From: Thermoplasmatales archaeon | GTDB taxonomy: Archaea > Thermoplasmatota > Thermoplasmata > Thermoplasmatales > Thermoplasmataceae | NCBI GenBank assembly: GCA_027310185.1 | Contig: DAIDBH010000017.1 | Coordinates: 192,001 to 256,000, forward strand | DNA length: 64,000 nucleotides | Direction of reading: 5' to 3' | Shown here: piece after piece, positions 47,021-57,238 of the stretch | How positions within the stretch are numbered: the first letter of the stretch is position 1 | Layout: the number at the start of each line of letters is the position of its first letter | Notes under the pieces: model-generated | Told to the model about the DNA's origin: nothing | What the model saw: the letters and a program-made list of their open reading frames with translations, nothing else | Databases searched by the model: none | Program-made: the position numbers and the translations under genes

Positions 47021-47380
47021 ATGGAAAAAAAAGTTGAACACCTGATGTGGATTCTTGTTGCGCTTGTTTCGGCAGTTGCTGCAGTAGCGATAATTGTCTC
47101 TGTCCTGTTTGGAGGCAACTACTACAAAGGGACTTATGGGCCCTATGGGATGATGGGAGGATTCTATGGTGTGGGAATCATAATGCCGATCATTGGTGTT
47201 ATATCAGTAATCATAGGGTTGGTATTCATTTATTTCATTTTTGAAATCATTAGAAGCCCGGAACCTTATAGACCTGTTGAAAAAGCAGCAAGAGCAGAAG
47301 ACATCGCAAAAGAAAGATTCGCAAAAGGAGAAATATCTGAGGCAGAATACAGTCAAATAATTGAAACGATAAGAAGATGA
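47021..47380 (+). CDS. SHOCT-domain membrane protein with GPYGMMGG loop
   Basis: Two TMs flanking YGPYGMMGGFYG; C-terminal AEDIAKERFAKGEISEAEY is SHOCT-like. Confidence 0.85.
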   Translation: MEKKVEHLMWILVALVSAVAAVAIIVSVLFGGNYYKGTYGPYGMMGGFYGVGIIMPIIGVISVIIGLVFIYFIFEIIRSPEPYRPVEKAARAEDIAKERFAKGEISEAEYSQIIETIRR

Positions 47381-47462
47381 ACGTTGCAATGCACTGATGT
47401 AAAATTACTGTAATTGTGGCAATTGCCTTCTTTGCTTATATTTCTAAATTTTTATTGTTGTA

Positions 47463-47723
47463 ATGAATATAGCACAACTAATAGTTCTGGATAACTAACA
47501 CAATCCAATTTTTCAATTGTTCATCCAAGTTCTAGAAGATATCGAAACAAAGCAACTTTGAGGGAAAGCTGCTCAGATAAACGGTGTAATTCCAATCTAC
47601 AATAAGTTTTCAGAAGGGGACGAGTGGATTGCCAGAAAGTGCATTGATAAAATGAACAATGATTCTGAAATGATGAAAATTATGTGCCAGTTGATCAGGA
47701 TACTATCAACATGCTGTTGCTGA
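47463..47723 (+). pseudogene. Possible decayed Lrp/AsnC ligand-binding domain remnant
   Basis: One frame with two internal stops reads ...LFIQVLEDIETKQL*GKAAQINGVIPIYNKFSEGDEWIARKCIDK...; the resemblance to an AsnC C-domain was judged by eye only. Confidence 0.25.
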
Positions 47724-47935
47724 ATTATGGTATTAACGATAACTCCGGATCTTCTGAATAACCTTATTTTGCAAGAATATAACGGCTTTGGTTTTTTTCA
47801 GTTTTGCGTGAAAAGTACCATTATATTGGGTTAGATCTTTAAACCATAAGTAATCAGATTCAATTTATAATAGAAATACCTTACCTATGAGGTTAGAATT
47901 TTAATAGTAAATAAATTATACTTAGCTGATGAAAA

Positions 47936-48553
47936 ATGTTCATAGATGATTTGGCTTTTGAGCTTCTCACGATGTCTCTGGCCGCGTTGATGATACTGTA
48001 TATGACATTGGGCATATATGTTGGATACAGAAGGAATGGTGACAAGGATATTGAAGGACACCTGAGACCGGGTATGGCACCGCTAACTCTTCTTGGAGTT
48101 GTTATGCTTGCCCTTGGTTTATATGGCGAATTTGTATGGCCACTCCCTGGCGCATTCAACATATTGTATTATGATATGTATACACTGGTGGCAATAGTCG
48201 TTCTTGCATTTGCAATCACTATCCGTCTTGGATACAAGATGCAATATGTTGGACTGTTTGCAGCCTACTCTGGTGTAATGGCTATATATTACGGCTTCAG
48301 GGCATATCAGCTCAGCTTGATTGGTTCAACAACGTTTGAACTCTTTCTGATGTTTCTTGCATTCGGTGCAACAGGTATAATGTCATACCCAGTAACGCTG
48401 ATAATAGACAGGATACCCCAGAGAGGAAATCCAAAATGGATTGGCTGGACAATAATCCTGGTAATCTTCTGGATCGCCGTGCTCGGTGCAATGATAGCAT
48501 CTGGATATATAGGATTTGATGCAGTCTTCTCACACCTTGCATCTCCCCCATAA
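47936..48553 (+). CDS. DUF981-like membrane protein
   Basis: N-terminal FIDDL, WPLPGAFNILYYD and C-terminal HLASPP; polytopic. Confidence 0.75.
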   Translation: MFIDDLAFELLTMSLAALMILYMTLGIYVGYRRNGDKDIEGHLRPGMAPLTLLGVVMLALGLYGEFVWPLPGAFNILYYDMYTLVAIVVLAFAITIRLGYKMQYVGLFAAYSGVMAIYYGFRAYQLSLIGSTTFELFLMFLAFGATGIMSYPVTLIIDRIPQRGNPKWIGWTIILVIFWIAVLGAMIASGYIGFDAVFSHLASPP

Positions 48554-48943
48554 ACATTATGGGGTAGAAATTTTAAATCAATCCAATGTTTAATAATTTA
48601 ATTTGTGGTATTAGACAAAAACTTACTATTTTTTACAACTCTTGATGTTAACTGGTTTATCTCTCCAATCGATAACAGATTCTTCTTTCACTTACTGTGT
48701 TGAAATGGATGTAATAAGTAACCACAAACCTTACCGGTCTGGCTTATTGTTTTTTTTACCATATTCTCAGGCATGTATAAGATCACGATCGAGCTTTAAC
48801 ATTGAAAGGAGTGAGATTTAGTCTGATTATAATTGTATCCACTTTCTTGCAAGCCCAAGTCAGGAACCTTTCTGTTGAAAAAAGGTCAATAAAGATTAAG
48901 GCTTAATATTAAAGATATCGTTTAAATAATTGTTTTCAAAAAT

Positions 48944-49129
48944 CTAGAACATTGACTTTTTAATTGCGCCCTCTACTTTCTTCTGCAGTTCTGGAGTTAT
49001 TTCAGTTATATTATGTGCTGTCTTAGCATGCTCAACGATTTTTGGCATAAGCTCTTCCTTTGATTTTGCTTCAGTTTTAAAGCCACATTCCATTCCGATG
49101 TCTGCACATGCAAATTTATATTTCGCCAT
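48944..49129 (-). CDS. DUF1059-family small metal-binding protein
   Basis: FACADIGMECGF...EEL...EHAKTAH gives a C-x6-C...H-x4-H pattern. Confidence 0.85.
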   Translation of the reverse strand: MAKYKFACADIGMECGFKTEAKSKEELMPKIVEHAKTAHNITEITPELQKKVEGAIKKSMF

Positions 49130-49290
49130 TGTTATCAAAATTCTATTACTATTTTGTATTTAAATTTAATTGTGTTAAATACTTTTGATAGATATTCAAA
49201 GATTTTTTCAGAACTTAAAATCAATCATTTTTTTAAACATCTATTCCTGTGGGATTTTTCAGATTAACATAGAAGATAAGAGTATTGAAT

Positions 49291-50220
49291 TTATTTATGT
49301 TCTCTTTCTGTTCTTCCATTTCTTATGCAACTCTGGCAGTAGGGACCATTGGATGGGTTTCCACATATCAAGCAGTTTTCTGTTACAGTTATTTCCTCTC
49401 CCCTTATGTTCTGTTTCTGCAGTTTCTCAAGGAACCCCTCTATTGCCAGCTTTGTTCCAGGGCTCTCCTCTTCCATGGTGTTTAGAAGGGACCTGACCTT
49501 ATTTCTCTGAGCTTCCATTGCATAAGGACACCAGCCCATGTCGTGCTCAATTCCTTCCAGAATAGTATATAGTTTAACCTCCTTCTCATATATTTTTCTC
49601 AGTGGGATCACTCTTGGTACCAATCCCCTGATCCTGTTTCTATGGGGAGCCATCCTGAGCATTTTTTCATAGTCTCCCCTCAGAACATTCATCATTATGC
49701 TCTGCGAATAATCATCCAGGTTTATCCCGAGTGCCACGTAATCTGCCTTAAATTCCTCAGACATCCTGTTCATGAGGTCCCTTCTCATTGGCCCACAGTA
49801 CGCACAGGGCGAGCCCTGGAGGTTACCTGACTTTACAATCTGATCCATTTCGTTATTAAAACTGTCACGAAAAGTGATAACGTCATGTGAAATCCCCAGC
49901 TTACTGCATAGTTTCTCTGCTGATTTTAGTCCTTCGCTTCTGTAGCCTTCTATTCCTTCATCTATGGTGAATGCTTTCAGAACAACATTTTTCTTCTTTT
50001 TCATTGTTTTCCACAGGAGATACAAGAGCACCGAACTGTCTTTTCCCCCTGATATGGCAACCCCTATTGTTGTTATTCCATTATTAAAATGCACCTGCTT
50101 GCGTATCTCCTGTTTGAACCTTCTTTCGACACTTTCCACAAAATGAAACTTGCAAAGTGCGGATCCTGTTGGTCTGCTTTCAAAAACCGCTACCTGCTCA
50201 CACTTAGAACATCTCATCAC
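49291..50220 (-). CDS. ncsA: tRNA 2-thiolation protein (NcsA/TtuA/Ctu1, TIGR00269-like)
   Basis: N-terminal CxxC...CxxH, SGGKDS PP-loop, CAYC, NLDD, CPYA and a C-terminal Zn finger. Confidence 0.9.
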   Translation of the reverse strand: MMRCSKCEQVAVFESRPTGSALCKFHFVESVERRFKQEIRKQVHFNNGITTIGVAISGGKDSSVLLYLLWKTMKKKKNVVLKAFTIDEGIEGYRSEGLKSAEKLCSKLGISHDVITFRDSFNNEMDQIVKSGNLQGSPCAYCGPMRRDLMNRMSEEFKADYVALGINLDDYSQSIMMNVLRGDYEKMLRMAPHRNRIRGLVPRVIPLRKIYEKEVKLYTILEGIEHDMGWCPYAMEAQRNKVRSLLNTMEEESPGTKLAIEGFLEKLQKQNIRGEEITVTENCLICGNPSNGPYCQSCIRNGRTEREHK

Positions 50221-51512
50221 TCATTCTCCATATACTCCCCAATGAGATGCCTCGAATTTTCCCTCTTTTCTTTTAGCTCCAGAAGGAACTGCTTCATTAA
50301 TTCAGACGCCTCATTCTTACATGAACCACACAGTCTTGTGCCTGATTTGCACTCTTCCTCAACCCTTTTCAGATCCTTATCTTCCTTTGATAGGTGGTAC
50401 ATGTAAAGCTCGAAAACAGGGCATATATAGGGATTTCCACCGAGCTTCTTCTGTTCTTCCACATTTTCCCTTCCCCCGGTAAGTGCCCTCTTGATCTTCT
50501 TCCCGGCCTCTTCCGGTAGCTCATTTAGTGATATGGTTGAGTCTGGAACTGATTTACTCATTTTTCCACCACGAATCCCTGTCTCGAGCCTCATGATCAT
50601 TGATGATGGTGCTATTGTACTGTTTCTGTTCAGGCTTCTTTCCGTTCTTGAGATTAACAATTCCAGATCGTACATATCGTCCCCAAAGTTATCAACTTCA
50701 GCTGTCCTGTATTTTACATTTTTTCTCCTGATTTTTAAGTTGAGTTTTTCCGCAATTTTATCAATTATCTGGTAAAATGGTTCAGGAGGCTCGTTACCGC
50801 CTATGGAAAACATGAGGCCATTTTCATGTTTTCTCACCTTGATAATATTCATTCTTCCGCTTATATCCCTTGTGAGTCTTATGTGCGGGTCCTGATCTGC
50901 CCCTACTGGAACTATGGTTGGAATTGGCTCTCCGTAAATTTGTGGACTCAGTATATCGGATGCCTGAACAATGGGAGAGTTCACCTCAAGCATCCTCTTT
51001 GACTCATCAAAGCCATAGATGGCTTTCATTTCAGAAAAGGATATTTCCTTTGAGAGTATGAATGCAAATTTCTGGACTTTTGAATTTGTGGACTGGAAAT
51101 AGAAGTGGCACTTCTTGAGTCCAAGAGCTATGTAGTTAAGAAGGAAATTCTCTATTGCTATGGTTCTGGCCCTTTCAAGAGATATGTTTCTTGTTGCATA
51201 TGATTCTAGATCTGCAACTGCAATGTGAACTTCTGCACCCTTCTTCTGGAAATAGATCATCTGCTCTATTATGGCCTTGCTGCCCAGATGCATATCTCCT
51301 GAAGGCATCAGTCCAGTCATGGCCGCGAATCTATCCTTTCTTTCAATAGCCTCATTGATTCTCCAGAAGTCTCTCTGGCCCACTATCAGGTTCCTTCTAG
51401 CCAGTGTATTATCACTGAGCTCAAAATTAAATGGCTCTATCCCAAACTCTTCCCGCATTTTTTTATAATCCTTCACCTGGAAGGGTCCCCAGGGATCGAG
51501 ATTTGAATCCAC
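50217..51512 (-). CDS. trpS: Tryptophanyl-tRNA synthetase (archaeal type)
   Basis: TGLMPSGDMHLG, QASDIL, PVGADQDPH, KMSKS and CGSCK motifs. Confidence 0.96.
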   Translation of the reverse strand: MDSNLDPWGPFQVKDYKKMREEFGIEPFNFELSDNTLARRNLIVGQRDFWRINEAIERKDRFAAMTGLMPSGDMHLGSKAIIEQMIYFQKKGAEVHIAVADLESYATRNISLERARTIAIENFLLNYIALGLKKCHFYFQSTNSKVQKFAFILSKEISFSEMKAIYGFDESKRMLEVNSPIVQASDILSPQIYGEPIPTIVPVGADQDPHIRLTRDISGRMNIIKVRKHENGLMFSIGGNEPPEPFYQIIDKIAEKLNLKIRRKNVKYRTAEVDNFGDDMYDLELLISRTERSLNRNSTIAPSSMIMRLETGIRGGKMSKSVPDSTISLNELPEEAGKKIKRALTGGRENVEEQKKLGGNPYICPVFELYMYHLSKEDKDLKRVEEECKSGTRLCGSCKNEASELMKQFLLELKEKRENSRHLIGEYMENE

Positions 51513-51522
51513 TTTTACCAGC

Positions 51523-52425
51523 TCAGATTAGCCCCATTTTCTTTGCAACCAGATAGCCAGCCACTATATCCTCAAGTCCAATGCCCATTGTTTTGAATAC
51601 TGATCTTCTTGCCTGAATTGGGCCTTCCCTTATAAAATCCTTAAGTTCCATAAGTTTTTCTGAACCATTCACATCCTGAATTTCCGCAGACTCAAGCATC
51701 GCCTGCCCCATATGTTCAACAATAACAAGATCGGAAGATTTCATTACATCGCTGCTGGCTTCCCTCCTGTTTAGAAGATTTGCTCCAACAAGATTAATGT
51801 GATAATATTCCGGTACATTCTTCTCTGTTATTACAGGGTCCTTTGCATTGGTCACACTGTTAATCACATTATAATTCCTGAAATTGTTTGCATTTCTTTC
51901 CACTTTTATGTCCATGGAAAGTTTCTCACCCATTTTTTTTGCAAATTCCTCAGCGTGTGCAGCTGTCCTTGAATAAACAGCAGCCTCATCAAGATCGAGT
52001 GCGATCTTCATTGCCTCCAGCTGTGTCTCTGCCTGATATCCTGAACCTATAAGAAGGAAGTTAGCCTCTGATTTACGGTCCTTAAGCAATCTTCTTGAAA
52101 CAATTCCTGGAAGAGCACCTGTTCTCATCTGCCCGAGTCGGTTTGCCTCTATAACAAAGAAATTCTCAGGATCTTCTGTCAGGGAAAACATTACGACAAA
52201 TTTTGCACCGTTTACGCCCGCAACATAGGTCTTCAGTCCTGCGATCCCGTATTTGTCTATGTAAGCTGGCATTGTATTCAGGAATGCACTACCTGTAAAC
52301 AGCCTATCTCGGGGGCTCGCGTCAGCCCTGCCCTCGCCATATTCAACGAATGCATCTTCCAGTATATCCATGAGCTCCTTCATTCTCAGGTTATTCTCAA
52401 CATCCTTTTCAGTTATGAATTTCAT
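51523..52425 (-). CDS. Ornithine cyclodeaminase/mu-crystallin family protein (archaeal alanine dehydrogenase-like)
   Basis: MPA, GLK, RTGA, IGSGYQA, HINLVGA and FKTMGIGLED motifs. Confidence 0.9.
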   Translation of the reverse strand: MKFITEKDVENNLRMKELMDILEDAFVEYGEGRADASPRDRLFTGSAFLNTMPAYIDKYGIAGLKTYVAGVNGAKFVVMFSLTEDPENFFVIEANRLGQMRTGALPGIVSRRLLKDRKSEANFLLIGSGYQAETQLEAMKIALDLDEAAVYSRTAAHAEEFAKKMGEKLSMDIKVERNANNFRNYNVINSVTNAKDPVITEKNVPEYYHINLVGANLLNRREASSDVMKSSDLVIVEHMGQAMLESAEIQDVNGSEKLMELKDFIREGPIQARRSVFKTMGIGLEDIVAGYLVAKKMGLI

Positions 52426-52427
52426 AT

Positions 52428-54416
52428 TTATCTTTCCTCCAGATTTTCCTTAATTATTTCTGAGATATCTCTTACCCTTATCTTGCTTTCTACGTCCATG
52501 GTTCTTGATGCATCCTCCAGCATTGCCGTGCAGAATGGACAGGCCACTGCAACTGTACTGGCTCCTGTTTCCAGTGCCTGTTTCATCCTTATTTTGCTTA
52601 TTGAATCCTCTTTTTCAACCTTGTACCAGTAGTTTCCACCGCCACCGCCACAACAGAAGCTCTTGCTTTTGCTTTTTTCCATTTCCTTGAGCTTTGATGT
52701 GCTGTCAACGATCAGCCTTGTATTATCATATTCACCGTTGATCCTGCCAAGATAGCATGGATCATGAAGTGTCACAGTTTCACTGTTGTTTCTTACCTTG
52801 ATTTTTTCTTCCCGTATGAGATCAGCCAGTGCTTCTGAATGGTGAACCACTTCCGCCTTTAGGCCGAATTTGGGGTACTCATTCCTGAATGTGTTCATGC
52901 AATGCGGACAGGATGTTATTATCTTTTTTATTCCATATTTGTTGAATGTTTCTATATTCTGGAGAACAAGTTCCTGAAATCTCCCCTCCTCTCCCATCCG
53001 TCTTGCTGTTTCGCCATTGCATTTCTCCTCTGAGCCAAGAAGACCGAAATTCACGCCTCCTTTCTTCAGGAGGTCTATTACATCCCTAGCGACCTTGTTA
53101 TATCTTGGATCAAATGCCCCCATGCATCCCACCCAGTAGACTGTGTCCATTCCTTCTTCCATCTTCCTCCCATACTGAAGCATTGAATCCCTGTCTGAGT
53201 TGTTGTTTCCAAAGGGATTCATGGTGTTTCCAAGATTGTTCAGGTATGTTGATGTCTCCTTAGATAGCTTATTGTCCATTACAAGAGTCCTTCTCGCTTC
53301 CAGATTGTATGAATGTGGATCTATGAGGACAGGGCATTCTTCAACACATGCCTGGCATGTGGTACATGACCAGGCTGCATTCTCACTGATTATCCCGTCA
53401 ATCATTGGTGTGTCGCCGTTCCATAGTGCCCTCTGTATATTCTGAACCACTACTCTGGGATCAAGATCTGTGCCAGATGAAACTGCCGGGCAGGCCCTCT
53501 CACATCTACCGCAATCTGTGCATGCTATTGCATCAGTTTTCTCGAAATAGCTAAGATCCATTATTGTTTTTGCCCCTACCTTGAAGTCAAAATTGCCTGA
53601 TTCCAGTGCTTCGGACAGAATGAATGGAGTGGACATTTCTCCCCTTTTTTTTTCAGGGTGAATCCCGATCCCAACAGCTGAATAGAACATGTGTGACAGT
53701 TTTGAGAATGGAAGGTAAGCTGCAACCCCGAATGCAGTCAATACATGTGCAAACCAGAATATCCTGTAAATTTCAATGCCAAAGTTTCCAGTCACTCCCA
53801 TTGGCGCATAAATGTAGCTCAGTGGCCATTCAACAAACCTGTAGACATCAAAACTCTCCCTGTAAAGGGCAATCTTTAGGGCACCGAGGAAAAAGCCTTC
53901 CAGTGAAAGTATAAGTAATCCTGCTATTATTATGAAATCCTGAGTTATTGTATCCAGAGGCACCTTTTTCCTTATTCTCCTGAAAAGTGCAAGTAACAGT
54001 CCTGCTACCAGGAGCACTCCTCCAAAATTGGCCCATACCTCAAAATTAAGGTAGAAATCACCTGTAAGTATACCGAATCCTAGGATTGTCTTCAGAATAT
54101 CATGGGAGAGGGCGATAAGTGATGTTGCAATAAAAAGTATCAGGATCCCGTAAAAGATCATCAGATGCATTATGCCGGCATACATGTTCTTTATGTTCTT
54201 TCTGTGAAAGGCACCATAATTAAGGATCTGCGCGATGAATCTTCTCAGGTTTTTAAGGACATATTTTATCGCAGGAATTAGGGTTATTCCTGCCTTTCTG
54301 TACCTTATGTAGAATTCTGCAAGAACAAATATCAGGACTGCGAAGGAAAGCACATAATCTGCAATCAGTTCGCTTTCGGGTATGAATACCAGAGTTGGGC
54401 TGGTTACGACGACCAT
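52428..54416 (-). CDS. FadF-like membrane Fe-S oxidoreductase (heme-b TM domain, two 4Fe-4S motifs, two CCG domains); probable ETF:quinone oxidoreductase
   Basis: TM His residues (MHLMIF, FAHV, KLSH); CTDCGRCERACP, CTTCQACVEECP, WVGC, CPHC, HDPC and CCGGGGG motifs. Confidence 0.88.
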   Translation of the reverse strand: MVVVTSPTLVFIPESELIADYVLSFAVLIFVLAEFYIRYRKAGITLIPAIKYVLKNLRRFIAQILNYGAFHRKNIKNMYAGIMHLMIFYGILILFIATSLIALSHDILKTILGFGILTGDFYLNFEVWANFGGVLLVAGLLLALFRRIRKKVPLDTITQDFIIIAGLLILSLEGFFLGALKIALYRESFDVYRFVEWPLSYIYAPMGVTGNFGIEIYRIFWFAHVLTAFGVAAYLPFSKLSHMFYSAVGIGIHPEKKRGEMSTPFILSEALESGNFDFKVGAKTIMDLSYFEKTDAIACTDCGRCERACPAVSSGTDLDPRVVVQNIQRALWNGDTPMIDGIISENAAWSCTTCQACVEECPVLIDPHSYNLEARRTLVMDNKLSKETSTYLNNLGNTMNPFGNNNSDRDSMLQYGRKMEEGMDTVYWVGCMGAFDPRYNKVARDVIDLLKKGGVNFGLLGSEEKCNGETARRMGEEGRFQELVLQNIETFNKYGIKKIITSCPHCMNTFRNEYPKFGLKAEVVHHSEALADLIREEKIKVRNNSETVTLHDPCYLGRINGEYDNTRLIVDSTSKLKEMEKSKSKSFCCGGGGGNYWYKVEKEDSISKIRMKQALETGASTVAVACPFCTAMLEDASRTMDVESKIRVRDISEIIKENLEER

Positions 54417-54499
54417 ATCTATAGCCTATAATTGTAATTTATATAACATTGTCTGAAAGTCGATAGTGTTTAAATTGAATAATGATACCCTGTATATTT

Positions 54500-55090
54500 A
54501 TGGAACCGGTATCTTTTTGTATTGATGGAGAGAGTATAAAAGTTTCAAGATGCAATAGGGTTTACTTTCCATCCGAAGATACCTTTCTCCTACTTGAAAC
54601 ATTGAGTCCGGAGGGAAAGTGCCTGGAAATAGGAAGTGGAAGCGGGCTGATTTCCATAGTACTTGCAAGGAAGGGCTATTCCACAATTGCATCTGATATA
54701 AATCCAGATGCTGTTAAATGCACTGAATTGAATTCATCCCTCAATGACGTAAAAGTTGAAGTCCTGCTTTCTGATCTGTTTGATGGAATAAATGGCAGTT
54801 TTGACACGATTATATTCAATCCGCCTTATCTTCCGGGAGATGGAGAAGAGGAAGAAATTGAGGAAAGTGAAATGTGGTATGGAGGCGAAGACGGACTGAC
54901 AGTAATAAGGAAATTCCTCGCCGGACTCCCTGAACACCTCAATAGGGGTGGAAGATGTTATATGATTCTCTCTTCCCTTACCGATATAGATGGCCTGAAA
55001 AGAGAATTCAATACCTACAGATTCGAGGTTCTGGGAGAGAGAAGTTTCTTCATGGAAAAAATCTTTGCCTATTCCCTTTCACTTATCTGA
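54500..55090 (+). CDS. HemK2/Mtq2-like methyltransferase (release factor glutamine methyltransferase)
   Basis: VYFPSEDTFLL, LEIGSGSG, DINP, SDLF, FNPPY and GGEDG motifs. Confidence 0.9.
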   Translation: MEPVSFCIDGESIKVSRCNRVYFPSEDTFLLLETLSPEGKCLEIGSGSGLISIVLARKGYSTIASDINPDAVKCTELNSSLNDVKVEVLLSDLFDGINGSFDTIIFNPPYLPGDGEEEEIEESEMWYGGEDGLTVIRKFLAGLPEHLNRGGRCYMILSSLTDIDGLKREFNTYRFEVLGERSFFMEKIFAYSLSLI

Positions 55091-56046
55091 ATGTTACGGT
55101 AAAAATTCTTGATTTCGCTGTAAAATGTTGTTTCGAATCTATCTATGGTATAGATCTCATTGAAATTCTCTGAAAGAAATTCAGTTATGTTATCCATCTC
55201 CTCCATGCTTTCTCCGAATACGGTTAATGTAAGTGTGTGAGGATAGTTTCCGAAATAGATAAGGTTGTCTTTTATCTGCTTCCTTGATCTGAACCACTTT
55301 ATGTATTGACCCGTATCATCTTCCGGTACCATTATTGATATCTGCTTCGTTATAATATTTGGGATTTTCTTGAAATTGAATATTACCTTCCCCTTCACGA
55401 ACCTGTTTTCAACAACCGTGTCCAGACTTTTTCTTGCCCTCTTTCTCGAGTAGTTAAGTTCGTCCGTTATCTCTTCAGTGGAAAAATTCTTTACGCTCTT
55501 GTATGCTATGCAGTTTACCAGACGTATCTGGCTTTGTGTGGGGGTTGTGTTCACTTCAGAATATGGAAAATAGTTCATCAGCTTGAATTCAAGATCTGAC
55601 TCATGAAAGGCATTTCCAATTTCATCCAGGTTTTCCATTAGATGATCCTCATTTGATATGAACTGGATATGGCCTATCTCACTGTAATTTTCAACTCCCT
55701 GGCTTTCCCTCTTCTTCTTCAGGTAGTTGGATGAGTGAAGGATCTCAACGAATGGCAGTTCCCCTAGCCTGTGCTCAACGTCCTTCAGGTACTCAAATGG
55801 CAGGATTGCCATAAGGTAATATCTCCTGAGTCCCCCTGGAAAAATTTCAGGCATGATTAGCATATCCTTTATGTACTCCTTTTCGAAGATCAGGTTCCAC
55901 ATCTTGTAGGATGAATTGGCGGAAATGTTTATTTTTCTTGCAATCTGGTATGGTGAAGGTATTGATTTTATGGTGTTTTCCCCATCCTCTGGCCATGAGG
56001 AGATTGCCTTCAAATATGATGATAAAAGCCTAACATTATGAAGCAT
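55069..56046 (-). CDS. Hypothetical protein, probable tandem Lrp/AsnC-like (HTH + effector domain, twice) regulator
   Basis: Two HTH-like segments, SPYQIARKINISANSSYK and STEEITDELNYSRKRARKSL; ATG 56046 is preferred over GTG 56109. Confidence 0.55.
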   Translation of the reverse strand: MLHNVRLLSSYLKAISSWPEDGENTIKSIPSPYQIARKINISANSSYKMWNLIFEKEYIKDMLIMPEIFPGGLRRYYLMAILPFEYLKDVEHRLGELPFVEILHSSNYLKKKRESQGVENYSEIGHIQFISNEDHLMENLDEIGNAFHESDLEFKLMNYFPYSEVNTTPTQSQIRLVNCIAYKSVKNFSTEEITDELNYSRKRARKSLDTVVENRFVKGKVIFNFKKIPNIITKQISIMVPEDDTGQYIKWFRSRKQIKDNLIYFGNYPHTLTLTVFGESMEEMDNITEFLSENFNEIYTIDRFETTFYSEIKNFYRNIQISERE

Positions 56047-56347
56047 GATAACCACTATGGATTTACTTAAAAATCCTAAGTATATAAATATAATTATATC
56101 TGTGCCCACTATACCAGCTTTTTAAAAAGGATTTATCAGAATTGCACTGATAGGGGGAAATTACTGGAAAGTTAATCTAAAAATTGTCGGAATGGATATT
56201 TCGCTGCTATGAGAAACGATTGAATGCTTGAAAATCTGTCCTGATTATAGAAACCAACTCACTCATGAACTGAATTACATCTTCATTTTATATGGAAGTC
56301 ATAAGAGTCGAATAATTTTAATACCACCCTTTACTTTTATTTCATAT

Positions 56348-57238
56348 ATGATACTGAGCAGATTCAGGCCACCTTCATTCAAGACATGCATAATCAGGTT
56401 CAGAATCAGTGAGGAACTTCTGGAGCCATCACAAAGAGCAAAGCTTCGCGGGATATGTTATGTAAACAACGGATCATATGTTTCCAGCATAAGAAAGAGG
56501 AAGGAAAGCGATCTTGATTACAACTTCTTTGTGTCAAAATCGAGAGTTTCAGAGGGAAAGTACTATTATTTTTGCAGGATATATTCTGGAAAACTGGTAG
56601 AGAATCTAAATAGGCTGTTTGAAAATCAAACCATGATTAATGAATATGCAATATTCTTTGACGGAGCAATCCATATTAGGTTCTCCTTCTATGAGAAGTA
56701 TTCACAAATCGTTTCAAATTTCATAAAGGAAAATTATGAAAATGGTATTGAAGTTGTATATCTCGGAAGTTTTACCAATGTGGATACAGAAATGAAGAGT
56801 GAGGGTCTTGGACTTAAGATCATAACCCTCAGAATGGAAGTGCCAGATTACCTTCTTGACACAGACCCAAGTACCTCTGTAAAATGGATCAGGTTCATCA
56901 GGAATTTTAACTCTGAAAATTTCAACTCCCTTTATTTAATTGATGACAGCGGAATGAACCACATTCCTTCCATGTTCAAACCTGTTGATGCCACCATTGG
57001 GCTGTATGAGGGGGAAACAAGCAATGAAATAATCCAGAAGCTTGAAGGAATGATAATAGAGACAGGCCTGAGGCCTGTTATAAGTACAAATGAATTTGAT
57101 GGAAAATACCTCTGGCTTGAATACTTTGTCATTGAGAGGGACCTCACAAGCATTATCAGGATTATGGGGGACCTGATAGAAAGTAATTCAGACTGGAAAG
57201 GATTGATTTTTAAGATTAATAGCGCTTCTGATGAATGA
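56348..57238 (+). CDS. Hypothetical protein of unknown function
   Basis: Long ORF with no recognised catalytic motif whose stop overlaps the cbiA start (ATGA); ATG 56348 is preferred over TTG 56228. Confidence 0.7.
   Translation: MILSRFRPPSFKTCIIRFRISEELLEPSQRAKLRGICYVNNGSYVSSIRKRKESDLDYNFFVSKSRVSEGKYYYFCRIYSGKLVENLNRLFENQTMINEYAIFFDGAIHIRFSFYEKYSQIVSNFIKENYENGIEVVYLGSFTNVDTEMKSEGLGLKIITLRMEVPDYLLDTDPSTSVKWIRFIRNFNSENFNSLYLIDDSGMNHIPSMFKPVDATIGLYEGETSNEIIQKLEGMIIETGLRPVISTNEFDGKYLWLEYFVIERDLTSIIRIMGDLIESNSDWKGLIFKINSASDE

Noticed and set aside
48602-48728. TTTGTGGT...ACCACAAA inverted repeat in a long intergenic region
   Set aside because: Only 8 bp, with no target duplication or inner structure; expected by chance
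49185-49496. Antisense and overlapping short ORFs in the track (this one and many others)
   Set aside because: Shadow frames of well-supported genes with no recognisable motifs
50620-50850. ~70-aa insertion in TrpRS before KMSKS
   Set aside because: It lacks intein hallmarks (no C/S start, no HN end), and similar inserts occur in other euryarchaeal TrpRS
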